Part shown: one piece after another, positions 55,178 through 64,000 of the stretch
Position numbering within the stretch: the stretch's first letter is position 1
Layout of the letters: the number at the start of each line of letters is the position of its first letter
Assembly (NCBI GenBank): GCA_017610175.1
Contig: JAFCCO010000003.1
Span: 1 to 64,000, forward strand
Reading direction: 5' to 3'
Length of the DNA stretch: 64,000 bases
Source of the DNA: Candidatus Iainarchaeum sp.
GTDB lineage: Archaea > Iainarchaeota > Iainarchaeia > Iainarchaeales > GCA-2688035
The notes under the pieces: generated by a model
The model's database searches: none
The model's input: the letters and a program-made list of their open reading frames with translations, nothing else
Told to the model about the DNA's origin: nothing
Translations under genes and position numbers: made by a program

Positions 55178-55582
55178 ATGAAACGCGGCCAAGTTAGCTT
55201 TGACTTTATCCTTGCAGTAATCGTTGCACTGGTTTTCATTTCAGGCCTGCAGCTTCTCAATACAGAAATACAGCAAACACAGAAATTTGCAGCAGTGAGA
55301 AACCAGGAAAAGGCAATTGCCCTGCAGGTTCACGGAATAATTTCAACCGCGAAAATTCTTGACGAAGCGGGTGCAATTGTAGACATAGAATATGAAACTG
55401 TAAAAATGCTTGTCCCAGGGGAAGCAATACTAAGCGGCTGCACAATAGACCTGCAAAACAAACAAGTGATATACAATCTTAATGGAACAAATGTAGTTAC
55501 GAACATCCCGGATTTTGATGCAGGCAATTTAATAATCCCAAACCAGGTTGACTGCGGGGACATGTTATCAATAACAAAATGA
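55178..55582 (+). CDS. Class III signal peptide minor pilin
   Basis: MKRG|QVSFDFILAVIV. Confidence 0.8.
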   Translation: MKRGQVSFDFILAVIVALVFISGLQLLNTEIQQTQKFAAVRNQEKAIALQVHGIISTAKILDEAGAIVDIEYETVKMLVPGEAILSGCTIDLQNKQVIYNLNGTNVVTNIPDFDAGNLIIPNQVDCGDMLSITK

Positions 55583-56082
55583 TTGGATTGATTGAATTGA
55601 ACAAAAAAGGGCAGATATTTTCACTGGATTTTCTAATTTCATTGATAGCGGTAACACTCGCGATAGGGCTGTTGCTGCAAATGAGCGAGCTAAAGGCTTA
55701 CAATGAAAAAGAGGAAGCCGCATGGCAAAAATTAAAGCAGCTGGGTGAAACCGCTTCAAGGCTCCTTGTAAACAACCCGGACATAATATGCGACGTTGAC
55801 AACGGCGCAAGCGATTTTGTCATAAGCAACTGCATTGACTCAACAAAAACAATTAACAGGGCAGCCCTTGGTCTGCCTTTAGATATTGGGTTTTCAGTTA
55901 AAAGCCACGGCCCTGTTCCAGCCATAGATGAAAGCTCCGGTGCCCGCGGAGTGGATGCCGACTATTACTCGGTTAAGAGAACAGTTGTTGTAAACAACAG
56001 CCAGGTTTCAAAAGCAAATTACCTCAATCAGACATTCACAGAGGGTCCGTATGAAATAGTTTTGGCGGTGTGGAAAGAATGA
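55579..56082 (+). CDS. Class III signal peptide minor pilin
   Basis: NKKG|QIFSLDFLISLI. Confidence 0.8.
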   Translation: MIGLIELNKKGQIFSLDFLISLIAVTLAIGLLLQMSELKAYNEKEEAAWQKLKQLGETASRLLVNNPDIICDVDNGASDFVISNCIDSTKTINRAALGLPLDIGFSVKSHGPVPAIDESSGARGVDADYYSVKRTVVVNNSQVSKANYLNQTFTEGPYEIVLAVWKE

Positions 56083-56393
56083 ATAGAGGGTTTATCTTTA
56101 CCATAGACGCGGCACTTAGCCTGATTTCAGTAATGATACTTGCGCTTCTCTTTACTTCCTACTTTGATACCGCGGAACCAAAAACAGATTTATACGAAAA
56201 GGTGGAAATCAAAGCAAGCGATGCGGCAATTGTTGGAAACCACCTTAACCGGGACGCAGTTGGAATGGGTGTTTCCGCAAGTATGCCTGCAAACAGTGAA
56301 TTTGTTGCATGCCGCAAGTCATACAGGTTTAATGCAGGATCCCCAACATCTGTTACTGAAAACAAATATTGCGTGGGGTCGGCGACGCCATGA
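56079..56393 (+). CDS. Class III signal peptide minor pilin
   Basis: MNRG|FIFTIDAALSLI. Confidence 0.75.
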   Translation: MNRGFIFTIDAALSLISVMILALLFTSYFDTAEPKTDLYEKVEIKASDAAIVGNHLNRDAVGMGVSASMPANSEFVACRKSYRFNAGSPTSVTENKYCVGSATP

Positions 56394-56884
56394 AAAAAGG
56401 ACTTTATTCAGGAATAATAGCGCTTAGCGCACTTGTGCTGGCGGTGGCACTTACATCAAGCGCAAGCCAGGCAATTGCCGCGAAAGATGCCGCAATTTAT
56501 GAAAATGCAATAGTTGACGTTAAAACAAGCTGGCAAAATGCACGCGCGGTACTTGATGAACTCACAAGCGAATCAATTGCCGAGCACATTGAAACCAATG
56601 GCTGCTTATACAGTGACCCATCAGCCCAGCTAAGTGCGGATTACTTCACTGCGCTTGACAATATGTGGGATGGCAAATGCACTTTCATAAGCGCAAACGC
56701 AATTGAAACAGTGCCCGGACAGGTGGATGTAGATGCAAGATTTTCATGCGCCCTTATTTTTGGAACCAAATTCAGCGCGCTCTACGACCAAAGAACAACA
56801 TTCAGCAAAAGCTATGATACAAGCGGCCTCTGTGTTACTGTGACAGATATTGCGTCCGGCAGGGTTGAGGCAACCAGACCATAG
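56390..56884 (+). CDS. Pilin-like or secreted protein
   Basis: MKKG|LYSGIIALSALV; Cys-containing C-terminal domain; last gene of a four-gene overlapping cassette. Confidence 0.65.
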   Translation: MKKGLYSGIIALSALVLAVALTSSASQAIAAKDAAIYENAIVDVKTSWQNARAVLDELTSESIAEHIETNGCLYSDPSAQLSADYFTALDNMWDGKCTFISANAIETVPGQVDVDARFSCALIFGTKFSALYDQRTTFSKSYDTSGLCVTVTDIASGRVEATRP

Positions 56885-58645
56885 CTATTGGTAATAGTAC
56901 TTTCCCTTCTTTTTCTGTTCAACGTCTTTCTGGCTTCCCAACTTGTTTGCACGGGGTCTGCCTGTGCTTGGGTCGCGCCTGAATGACATGCCCATTTCCC
57001 GGAGGAAACGGTTCATTCCAACCTTCTTTTCAAGAGGGGCTGAAGCAATACCATGCTTTGCAGACTCACCGGAAAAGACAATCAGGCTGTCGCTTACATA
57101 ATCCTGGAAAAGAATGTCGTGGTCAACAACCAAGGCGACCTTGCTTTTCACAGCAACAACGCTCTTGATTGCGTCCGCAACCCTCAGCCTGTCCTCCACA
57201 TCAATGAATGCAGACGGCTCATCAAGAAGCAATAGGTCACTTTCAAGAGCAAGATTGTAGGCAACACTTACTTTTTGCAGCTCACCGCCACTCAGTTCAA
57301 AAAGGGGCTTTTCAAACAAGCGCTTTACCTTAAGCCTTCGTTCAATTTCAAGTTCAAAAAGATCCTTATCAATTCCGGATTTAAACAGGCTTGAAACAAG
57401 GGAATCATTTGGTTTTAGGTATTGTGGCTTGTAAGCAACCTTTAAGGAAAAATCAAGCTGGGCATTGTCCGGCTTAATCTCTGACGCAAACATTTTCACA
57501 AGAGTTGTCTTTCCAATGCCGTTTGGGCCCATTAGGCCAATTACCTCTCCCTTTCCAAGGTCTCCGGCCTCAACCTCGAGTGAAAAGTCCCCTAGTTTTT
57601 TCTCCAAAGCAGGGTATTTTGCAATCGTTTCCTTCTCAGTTTCCTCTGTCGCAGCACGCACACTGAAATGAAGTTCCTTTTCCCTGAAACGCATGTTTTC
57701 ATCTCGGAGGAAACCGTCTAGGAACTCATTAATTCCGTTAAGTGTGCTTTTTGGATTTCCAACAATCCCGTAGACCGCAGGGGTTCCGTAAATTATGTAA
57801 ATAATGTCGCTCAAATAATCGAGAACGGCAAGATCGTGCTCTACAACCACAACGTGTTTGCCTGATTCCGCCACCGTTCGGATAAGTTTTGCCGCATTGA
57901 GCCTCTGTCTGACATCAAGATAGGAAGATGGCTCGTCAAGGAAGTAAACGTCCGCGTCTTTCAGCAGGCAGGCCGCAATTGCAATTCGCTGCAACTCCCC
58001 GCCTGAAACCTTTGAAATTTCGTGGTCGAGAACAGCTGCAATCTCAAGCTCTTTGGAAAGGGGACCAAGCTTTGAGCGTTCATCAACTTTTGAAAGCAAA
58101 TCGCGGACAGTTCCGCTGAATTTTTCAGGAATTACATCTACATTCTGCGGCTTGTAAGAAAGTTTTAAACCACCCCTGGCAAGTGAAGTGAAGAAAGCCT
58201 GCTCTTCCCTGCCCTTAAAAAACTGGATTACGCGTTCATAATCCGGGTCTTCATTAAATTTTCCAAGGTTTGGAACAATCGCGCCTGAAAGAATGTTGAG
58301 AACCGTGCTCTTTCCGATTCCGTTTCGACCAAGGATTCCGGCAACCGCCCCCTTCTTTGGGGCAGGCAAGCCGTAAAGCCTGAAAGTGTTTTCGCCAAAC
58401 TGGTGCAATGGCGGGGTTTTTCGCTCCGATGCTAGATTGATTACGGTTATGCAGCCGGTTGGGCATTTTTTAGGGCAAATTCCGCACCCAATGCAAAGTT
58501 CCTCACTTATAACCGGCTTATTTTCTTCATTCAAAACAATGCATTCCTTCCCCGAACGGTTAACCGGACAGACGCCTCCGCAAATGAAGGAGCAGCCCTC
58601 CCCGTTAATGCACCTTTCCCTGTCAATTACCGCTATTCTCTGCAT
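56885..58645 (-). CDS. abce1: Ribosome recycling ATPase ABCE1/RLI
   Basis: N-terminal 4Fe-4S motifs (CIGCGICPKKCP), two ABC domains (GRNGIGKS, GPNGIGKT, SGGELQ), FRRDPSTGRPRANK. Confidence 0.97.
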   Translation of the reverse strand: MQRIAVIDRERCINGEGCSFICGGVCPVNRSGKECIVLNEENKPVISEELCIGCGICPKKCPTGCITVINLASERKTPPLHQFGENTFRLYGLPAPKKGAVAGILGRNGIGKSTVLNILSGAIVPNLGKFNEDPDYERVIQFFKGREEQAFFTSLARGGLKLSYKPQNVDVIPEKFSGTVRDLLSKVDERSKLGPLSKELEIAAVLDHEISKVSGGELQRIAIAACLLKDADVYFLDEPSSYLDVRQRLNAAKLIRTVAESGKHVVVVEHDLAVLDYLSDIIYIIYGTPAVYGIVGNPKSTLNGINEFLDGFLRDENMRFREKELHFSVRAATEETEKETIAKYPALEKKLGDFSLEVEAGDLGKGEVIGLMGPNGIGKTTLVKMFASEIKPDNAQLDFSLKVAYKPQYLKPNDSLVSSLFKSGIDKDLFELEIERRLKVKRLFEKPLFELSGGELQKVSVAYNLALESDLLLLDEPSAFIDVEDRLRVADAIKSVVAVKSKVALVVDHDILFQDYVSDSLIVFSGESAKHGIASAPLEKKVGMNRFLREMGMSFRRDPSTGRPRANKLGSQKDVEQKKKGKYYYQ

Positions 58646-58742
58646 AAAAAACATCTCTGTTGATTCAATAACAGAATAAGCATTAATATAGATATTTTAT
58701 TCAAAAAAGCATTTAAAACTGTTTAGATGCCATTAATTTTAC

Positions 58743-59786
58743 ATGCGCATTCTCAAAATCGACTACAAAACCAAAGAGCTGAAGGTTGTCCCGGAAATTA
58801 ACGATGACCTATGGCATTTGGAGAGAATAATCGAACCGCACGATTTGGTTAGCGGAAGCACTAACCGCAAGATAAAGCCAAAGGAAGAGGGCTCAAAGCA
58901 AATCAGGGTTAACCTATTTTTAACAATTGATGTTGAAAAAATCGATTTTCGAAGGGAAACAGGAAATTTGCGCGTTACGGGAAACATTCTTGAGGGAAAG
59001 CCCGCAGAACTTATTGAAACCGGAGCCTCGCACAGCATAGAAATCGAGCTTGGAAAGGAACTCTCAATTAAAAAAAAGGAGCTGAAAAAGTTTCAAATTG
59101 AAAGGCTTGAGAAAGCAAAGAAGGCAAGCACTCAGGGAAAGGTATTGCTTGTTGTGCTGGATGACGAACAGGCGGATTTTGCTTTGCTAAAAGAATTCGA
59201 GCTCGAACGAAAAGGAATGTTGAAAAGCGGCAAGACAGGAAAGATGTACGAAACAGAGCCTGTGAGGGGCAACTATTTCAGTGACATAATTAAAAGAATT
59301 GAGGAAGCAAAGCCTGAGAAAGTTGTCGTTGCAGGCCCGGGCTTTGCAAAGGAAAAGCTTCACAAATTAATCGATGAAAAAAAGCCGAAGGGAATCCAGT
59401 TTTTTTACGGCGCAACAAACAGCACGGGAATTACAGGACTGCAGGAACTAATTAAGGCAAAAGGCTTTGAAAAGATAATTCAGGAAATGCAGCTGGTGAA
59501 GGAAACAAAAATTGTTGAAAGCATTTTTGCAGAACTTGGAAAGGGCTCAGGGCTTGTGGAATACGGTTTTGAACAGGTGAAGAATGCGGTTGAAGTCGGT
59601 GCTGTAAAGGAATTGCTGGTGGTTGATACCCTGATGCTTGATAAGAGGAGCGAAGTTGAGCCCCTAATGGAAAAAACCGAGCAGATGAAGGGCGAGGTTC
59701 ACCTTATTGACGCCGAAAATGACGCGGGAAAGAAGCTTGAGTCAATGGGCGGGATAGTTGCATTTTTAAGGTACAGGCTGAATTAA
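58743..59786 (+). CDS. pelA: Pelota (mRNA surveillance / ribosome rescue)
   Basis: DDLWHL, LRVTG, HSIEI, VAGPGFAK, YGFEQV and GGIVAFLRY motifs. Confidence 0.96.
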   Translation: MRILKIDYKTKELKVVPEINDDLWHLERIIEPHDLVSGSTNRKIKPKEEGSKQIRVNLFLTIDVEKIDFRRETGNLRVTGNILEGKPAELIETGASHSIEIELGKELSIKKKELKKFQIERLEKAKKASTQGKVLLVVLDDEQADFALLKEFELERKGMLKSGKTGKMYETEPVRGNYFSDIIKRIEEAKPEKVVVAGPGFAKEKLHKLIDEKKPKGIQFFYGATNSTGITGLQELIKAKGFEKIIQEMQLVKETKIVESIFAELGKGSGLVEYGFEQVKNAVEVGAVKELLVVDTLMLDKRSEVEPLMEKTEQMKGEVHLIDAENDAGKKLESMGGIVAFLRYRLN

Positions 59787-60146
59787 CTACCTTATCCTGA
59801 ATTCCAGCCACTCGATTTTTTTCTGATTTACAAGGCCCTTAATCTTCTGCTGCAGAGGGGAGAGGGTGCTGTTTGCCGCCTTGAATTCACAAAAAATTAT
59901 CGAGTCCTCGTTGAATGCAACCCCGTCAATTGGGCTTCCGAGAAAACGGAAGTTCTCGGCATTGAACGGAATGTCCTCAATGAACGGCACAAACTGCTCG
60001 GTCATCTTCCCGTATTTTACGGACTGGCTTTTTTTGCTGAACTCAAGCTCTTCAACACGCAATTCAAGGGCGGTTGCTTTTCTAAAAAAAATGAACGCAA
60101 GAATTGCAAGCAATACAACAAACAGTGTAAGGATTAGTTCAAGCAT
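59787..60146 (-). CDS. Membrane-anchored Holliday-junction-resolvase-like PD-(D/E)XK endonuclease
   Basis: N-terminal TM helix; GKMTEQFVPF...FRFLGSPIDGVAF...IIFCEFKA...LSPLQ pattern. Confidence 0.8.
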   Translation of the reverse strand: MLELILTLFVVLLAILAFIFFRKATALELRVEELEFSKKSQSVKYGKMTEQFVPFIEDIPFNAENFRFLGSPIDGVAFNEDSIIFCEFKAANSTLSPLQQKIKGLVNQKKIEWLEFRIR

Positions 60147-60157
60147 TTGAAATCGCT

Positions 60158-60505
60158 TTAGTAATATTTTGTGCCCTCGCCGGTTAAGACAACAAGCTTG
60201 AATGTTTTTTTGGATTCCTTCAAAGCGGCGAGAAGAGCCATGTGCTCCTTGCCCGAACCGCTGATTATTGAAACCGCAAGCTCTTCCTTTGGAATGCCTG
60301 CCTTAATTTCTTCCTTTACAACTTCGAAACTTGCCCGGTTGTTGATTATTACCCACTCAACATCTTTTTGAAGTGAAAAGTTTTCCTTACTCCACTCACT
60401 CCCCACAAGAATTATACGGCCCCACTCTTCCTCCGCAATAAGCCTTCCAACATGCCCCCATGTCCCCTTTCCGATTCCAAGCAATGCAATTAAAGCTTTT
60501 CCCAT
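60158..60505 (-). CDS. Small alpha/beta (Rossmann-like) hypothetical protein
   Basis: LIALLGIGKGTWGHV and LAVSIISGSGKEHMALLAAL motifs. Confidence 0.7.
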   Translation of the reverse strand: MGKALIALLGIGKGTWGHVGRLIAEEEWGRIILVGSEWSKENFSLQKDVEWVIINNRASFEVVKEEIKAGIPKEELAVSIISGSGKEHMALLAALKESKKTFKLVVLTGEGTKYY

Positions 60506-60544
60506 AAAAAAACCTAATAAAATTGTGCTAATAATGCTTAAAAG

Positions 60545-60853
60545 CTATTCTATTGTAAAGCTCTCCCTTGCCCTTGCATAGATCTTAAGCAAATCGTGCC
60601 CTTTTTCAGTGAGGGAATACATATACTGTTGGGCAATAAAAAGCCTTGTAACAAGGCCTGTGTCAATTAGAGACTGGATCATAACCCGCAAATCCTTATC
60701 GTCAACCCTTGGAAAACTGGAATTAATCTTGTCTTCAGGAATTGAACCCTCTTTTAAGGCATTCAGCAAAGAAATGAAAAGCTCTGATTTGGCAAGCTCG
60801 TTAAGCTCGGGGTGTTTTTCGATGAAAAGAATGAATTCATCTTTTGCAGGCAT
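60545..60853 (-). CDS. Winged-HTH protein
   Basis: LRVMIQSLIDTGLVTR...YSLTEKGHDLL wHTH wing pattern. Confidence 0.75.
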   Translation of the reverse strand: MPAKDEFILFIEKHPELNELAKSELFISLLNALKEGSIPEDKINSSFPRVDDKDLRVMIQSLIDTGLVTRLFIAQQYMYSLTEKGHDLLKIYARARESFTIE

Positions 60854-60873
60854 AAAGAAATAAACTGCTTTGC

Positions 60874-62457
60874 CTAATTTAAAGGTTTGGATACAAAAAC
60901 TCCGTCCCTCTCAAAACCCTGCGAAAAGTAATACTGCTTTGTTCCAAGCGAACTAATTACAAGAAGCTTCTTTGCATTAAATTCGTCAACGGCGATTTCC
61001 TCAGCCATTTGCAAAAGCCTTTTTCCAAAACCACTGTGCTGAATCTCGTTAAATTCGTGCTTTCCCAGCGGGAGCGCCTTGCCAAAAACACGAAGCTCAC
61101 GCACTATTGCAGTGTCCCTTGAAATTTCTTTTCGAAAAGGGGTGTTTGGAAAACGCATCCTCAAAAATCCAAAAAGATTTTCCCGCTGCTTATCCTCAAA
61201 TGAAATGAATTTTTCAGTTCCACCGCTTGCATCATAGCCCTCAACAAACTCCTTTGGAGCCCCAGGACTTTTACTCTTAGAATTTCTTAAACGCAATCCG
61301 ACTTCACGGCAGCGAATGCACGAACACTTTATCCCGCGCTTTTCAGCCTCAAACTGCGCCATCTGCCGCAGGTTTGTTCGGTCAACCCCTGCAGAAACAA
61401 CAGTGCTTGGAATGTCCCTTTGGATTCTCATTATTCTTGCCCAGTAAGGCACAAACTTTTTGAGCTTCAGAACAAGCTCAATTGCCTGTGCGGTATCAAT
61501 TGGTTCAAAACGACCGGCCCTCCAGTCCCTGAAAAGCTTTGTGTTGGGCATAACAAGGCAGGGATAAAGCTTAAGCGAATCTGGCTTGAAATCAGGATTT
61601 GAAAAAAGTTCCCTCAAAGAATCAATATCCTGGTCAAGACTTGTGCCGGGCAAGCCGGGCATAAAATGATATGTAACTTTGAATGCGCTGTCCTTTAGCA
61701 AAGCGGTTGCATTTACAACATCTTTAACGCTGTGCCCTCTTTTAATGAGCTTGTAAACGCGGTCGCTAATTGTTTGAACCCCGAGTTCACACCTGGTCCC
61801 GCCAAAACCAAGCATTGAATTAATCTCTTTTTTGCCGCAATAATCCGGCCTTGTTTCAAAAGTAATCCCCGTTATTCTGCGCTCGGAAGTTAGGGCGGCA
61901 TCCCTTGCAGAATCAATCTTTCTGGCCCTGGAACCTGTAATTGCATTAATGCATGAAACCATAAACTTTTCCTGGAATTTTGCGGGCTGGGAAAGAAAGG
62001 TTCCGCCCATCACAACCAGCTCAATCTTTTCCGTTGAATGCCCTGTTTCATACAACTGCTTAAGCCGGCTTTTGGCCTGTGTTGTCGGATTAAAATCAGC
62101 GCTGACCGCGCGCATGGCGGCAGGCTCCATCCCAGTATAACTTTTGGGAAGGTCTTTTCCCTCAAGCAAAGACCCGGGGCAATAAATGCATTTGCCCGGG
62201 CATTTGTGGGGTTTTGTCATGACCGCAACAACCGCAATCCCTGAAAGGCTTCTGGTGGGCTTAAGCATAAGAAATTTAAGGTGCTTTGAATTCCGATTCT
62301 TTGAAAACGAAAGAATTGTGGGGTTGGACGGCGTGCCTTGAAGCCGGTGTTTTTCAGCAAGCCTGTTTTTTGTTCTGCCCAATGCGTCCCTGTCTTTTAT
62401 CTTGCCCTGCTCAAGCAGTTCAAGCAGTTCTTTTGAAAAAGATTCTATTTTGTCCAT
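60874..62457 (-). CDS. elp3: Elp3 tRNA uridine(34) acetyltransferase (radical SAM plus KAT)
   Basis: KPTRSLSG.AVVAVM, CPGKCIYCP, KSYTGMEP, ETRPD, RIQRDIP, CIRCRE, VRELRVFG and QHSGFG motifs. Confidence 0.96.
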   Translation of the reverse strand: MDKIESFSKELLELLEQGKIKDRDALGRTKNRLAEKHRLQGTPSNPTILSFSKNRNSKHLKFLMLKPTRSLSGIAVVAVMTKPHKCPGKCIYCPGSLLEGKDLPKSYTGMEPAAMRAVSADFNPTTQAKSRLKQLYETGHSTEKIELVVMGGTFLSQPAKFQEKFMVSCINAITGSRARKIDSARDAALTSERRITGITFETRPDYCGKKEINSMLGFGGTRCELGVQTISDRVYKLIKRGHSVKDVVNATALLKDSAFKVTYHFMPGLPGTSLDQDIDSLRELFSNPDFKPDSLKLYPCLVMPNTKLFRDWRAGRFEPIDTAQAIELVLKLKKFVPYWARIMRIQRDIPSTVVSAGVDRTNLRQMAQFEAEKRGIKCSCIRCREVGLRLRNSKSKSPGAPKEFVEGYDASGGTEKFISFEDKQRENLFGFLRMRFPNTPFRKEISRDTAIVRELRVFGKALPLGKHEFNEIQHSGFGKRLLQMAEEIAVDEFNAKKLLVISSLGTKQYYFSQGFERDGVFVSKPLN

Positions 62458-62476
62458 AGATAAAGACCGTTTGGGT

Positions 62477-63265
62477 TCAGAGCAACGCAAGGAATGCATT
62501 TACAAGAAGCTGGGGGAAAAGGGATATTGTGAAAAATGGCAGTCCAAACATGGGTGCTAAAAATTTACCACGAATGCTTGAAATTACAGCCAACTCGGCT
62601 GCAAAGTTGCTGCTAAAATCGTTGAGTTCGGATTTAACGCTGAATGAGAAATTTCTCTGCCCATAGTTTGCGGGATAAACCAAAAGATTAACGTCAAGCG
62701 TTTGAAGAGGCTCCACCTCAAAAGAGGCAGACTCAAACCAATAATTTGGAAGCGAGGACTTAACACTGATTCTTTGTGGCGCTATTGACTCATTGTTGAT
62801 GATAAGCTTGAATTTTGTGGCAACCCCAACCTCGGACTCCTGCTTGAGCCCCTCCATGCTTGCACTCAAAAGATTTTTCTTAACTGTAACGTAAACAGAA
62901 AAGTTTTCTTTGGAAACGGGAGATGCATTGCTCTCCAAAGTAAATGAAATGCGCTGAATGCTTTCAGCTGCATCCTTTGGAATCTTAAATATGGCAATTA
63001 TTGTCTTGTCCTGCAGTTCAAAGGATGCGTCCCATCCGGAGAGCAAGGTTGAATTGTCAAAAGAAATTTTGTCCCACTGAAAGCCTGTGCCGCTTTGGCG
63101 CTGCATCACAACACGAATTGTTTCACCGCGGGCCACATTGCCCAATTCGGCAGAATCGCCTGATTTAAGGCTGCCTGAAATAGGCTCTATGAGAAATGCA
63201 TCGGCTGATGCTTGGGTTGTGAACACAACCAGGACCAATAGCAATGCAAGTGCTTTTTTAAACAA
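62477..63265 (-). CDS. Secreted / membrane-anchored hypothetical protein
   Basis: Signal peptide (ASA|D), two beta-rich repeats, C-terminal hydrophobic segment. Confidence 0.7.
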   Translation of the reverse strand: MFKKALALLLVLVVFTTQASADAFLIEPISGSLKSGDSAELGNVARGETIRVVMQRQSGTGFQWDKISFDNSTLLSGWDASFELQDKTIIAIFKIPKDAAESIQRISFTLESNASPVSKENFSVYVTVKKNLLSASMEGLKQESEVGVATKFKLIINNESIAPQRISVKSSLPNYWFESASFEVEPLQTLDVNLLVYPANYGQRNFSFSVKSELNDFSSNFAAELAVISSIRGKFLAPMFGLPFFTISLFPQLLVNAFLALL

Positions 63266-63309
63266 ATAAACCCTCTGTATTATTTGCGTTCAAAGAAAAT
63301 TAAAAGGTT

Positions 63310-63945
63310 ATGCAAATGAGGGTATTGGCGTTAAGTGATGTTCACAGCGGGACAGAAATGGCTTCAAAGCTCGCAAAACAGGCAGGAAAGGTAGATTACG
63401 CGATTTTTCTCGGCGATTTGACAAATTATGGCGACAAAAAAGCGCTGGAAATCATAAATTCTGTTGGTGCCGAAAAAAACCTTGCCATTCCGGGAAACCT
63501 TGATTCGTGGGAAATTCTTGATGAAATTGAGAAAGAGGGTGTTTCACTGCATATGAAAAGCGTTGAAATCGCTGGATTCAACTTTGTCGGGTGCGGAGGG
63601 GGGTTGCACAACAACCCGGGGCAAGTGCTTTATTCTGAAAAAGAGATTTTCGAAAAGATTGTGCCATTGATGGGGTCGGGAAAAAGCGTTCTGGTGACAC
63701 ATTTGCCGCCATTGAACACAGAAATAGACCTTGCGGGAAACGGAGTGCATATTGGAAGTGCAGCCGTGCGGGAATTGATTGAAAAGTTCCAGCCAGTGCT
63801 TCACTTGTGCGGACATGCACACAAGGCAATGGGGGAAACAATTATTGGAAAAACAAGATGCATTAACGCAGGGCCAACAAAAGAGGGAAACGGGCTCCTG
63901 CTTGAACTTGGAAAAACAATTGAAGTAACAAGACTGAGGGTGTGA
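63310..63945 (+). CDS. Calcineurin-like metallophosphoesterase
   Basis: SDVH, GDLT, PGNLD, THLPP and CGHAH motifs. Confidence 0.92.
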   Translation: MQMRVLALSDVHSGTEMASKLAKQAGKVDYAIFLGDLTNYGDKKALEIINSVGAEKNLAIPGNLDSWEILDEIEKEGVSLHMKSVEIAGFNFVGCGGGLHNNPGQVLYSEKEIFEKIVPLMGSGKSVLVTHLPPLNTEIDLAGNGVHIGSAAVRELIEKFQPVLHLCGHAHKAMGETIIGKTRCINAGPTKEGNGLLLELGKTIEVTRLRV

Positions 63946-64000
63946 AAAGTGAAACAAAGCAGGTTTGAGATGCTGAAAAAGCATAACGATGAACAGTTTG

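Noticed and set aside
63949-64000. Possible start of another + strand gene (GTG AAA CAA AGC...)
   Set aside because: Only 17 codons are visible, too little to call.
1-64000. tRNA, rRNA, transposase, integrase or provirus
   Set aside because: Intergenic gaps are short and none showed a cloverleaf or rRNA-like sequence by eye; no ORF carries recognisable mobile-element motifs. tRNAscan-SE and Infernal would be needed to exclude small RNAs.

Overview
Gene-dense archaeal chromosomal segment using the standard archaeal code (TGA, TAA and TAG all serve as stops) with TATA-type promoters and many overlapping start/stop codons. Compact genes, many class III signal-peptide pilins and Cys-rich surface proteins suggest a DPANN archaeon, possibly Iainarchaeota/Diapherotrites-like; this taxonomy is inference only. 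Housekeeping genes: RNase Z, Nob1, PheRS alpha/beta, RFC large and small subunits, YchF, Orc1/Cdc6, endonuclease IV, Cdc48, topoisomerase IA, a MiaB/MtaB-type methylthiotransferase, Nre, bacterial-type ThrRS, GpmI, ABCE1, Pelota and Elp3. A complete type IV pilus locus has an ATPase, two TadC-like proteins, five tandem short pilins (three missing from the ORF track), an A24 peptidase and minor pilins; two further paralogous minor-pilin cassettes lie elsewhere, giving about 18 class III signal-peptide genes in total. The most unusual items are: (i) a gene pair at 14.0-15.3 kb encoding a histone-H1-like Lys-rich protein with two HMG/YABBY-like repeats whose C-terminal domain is also encoded as a stand-alone neighbour, a candidate novel chromatin system; (ii) an NrdD-like protein lacking the glycyl-radical C-terminus; (iii) modular secreted proteins sharing an N-terminal 'GHSS...LQxAxD' module; (iv) an NhaP-type antiporter interrupted by one in-frame TGA; (v) a wHTH / possible CARF-like / membrane-anchored PD-(D/E)XK trio; (vi) a truncated Rqc2/NFACT gene directly upstream of cdc48. 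No rRNA, tRNA, CRISPR array or transposase was recognised. All family calls come from motif recognition by eye, not database searches.
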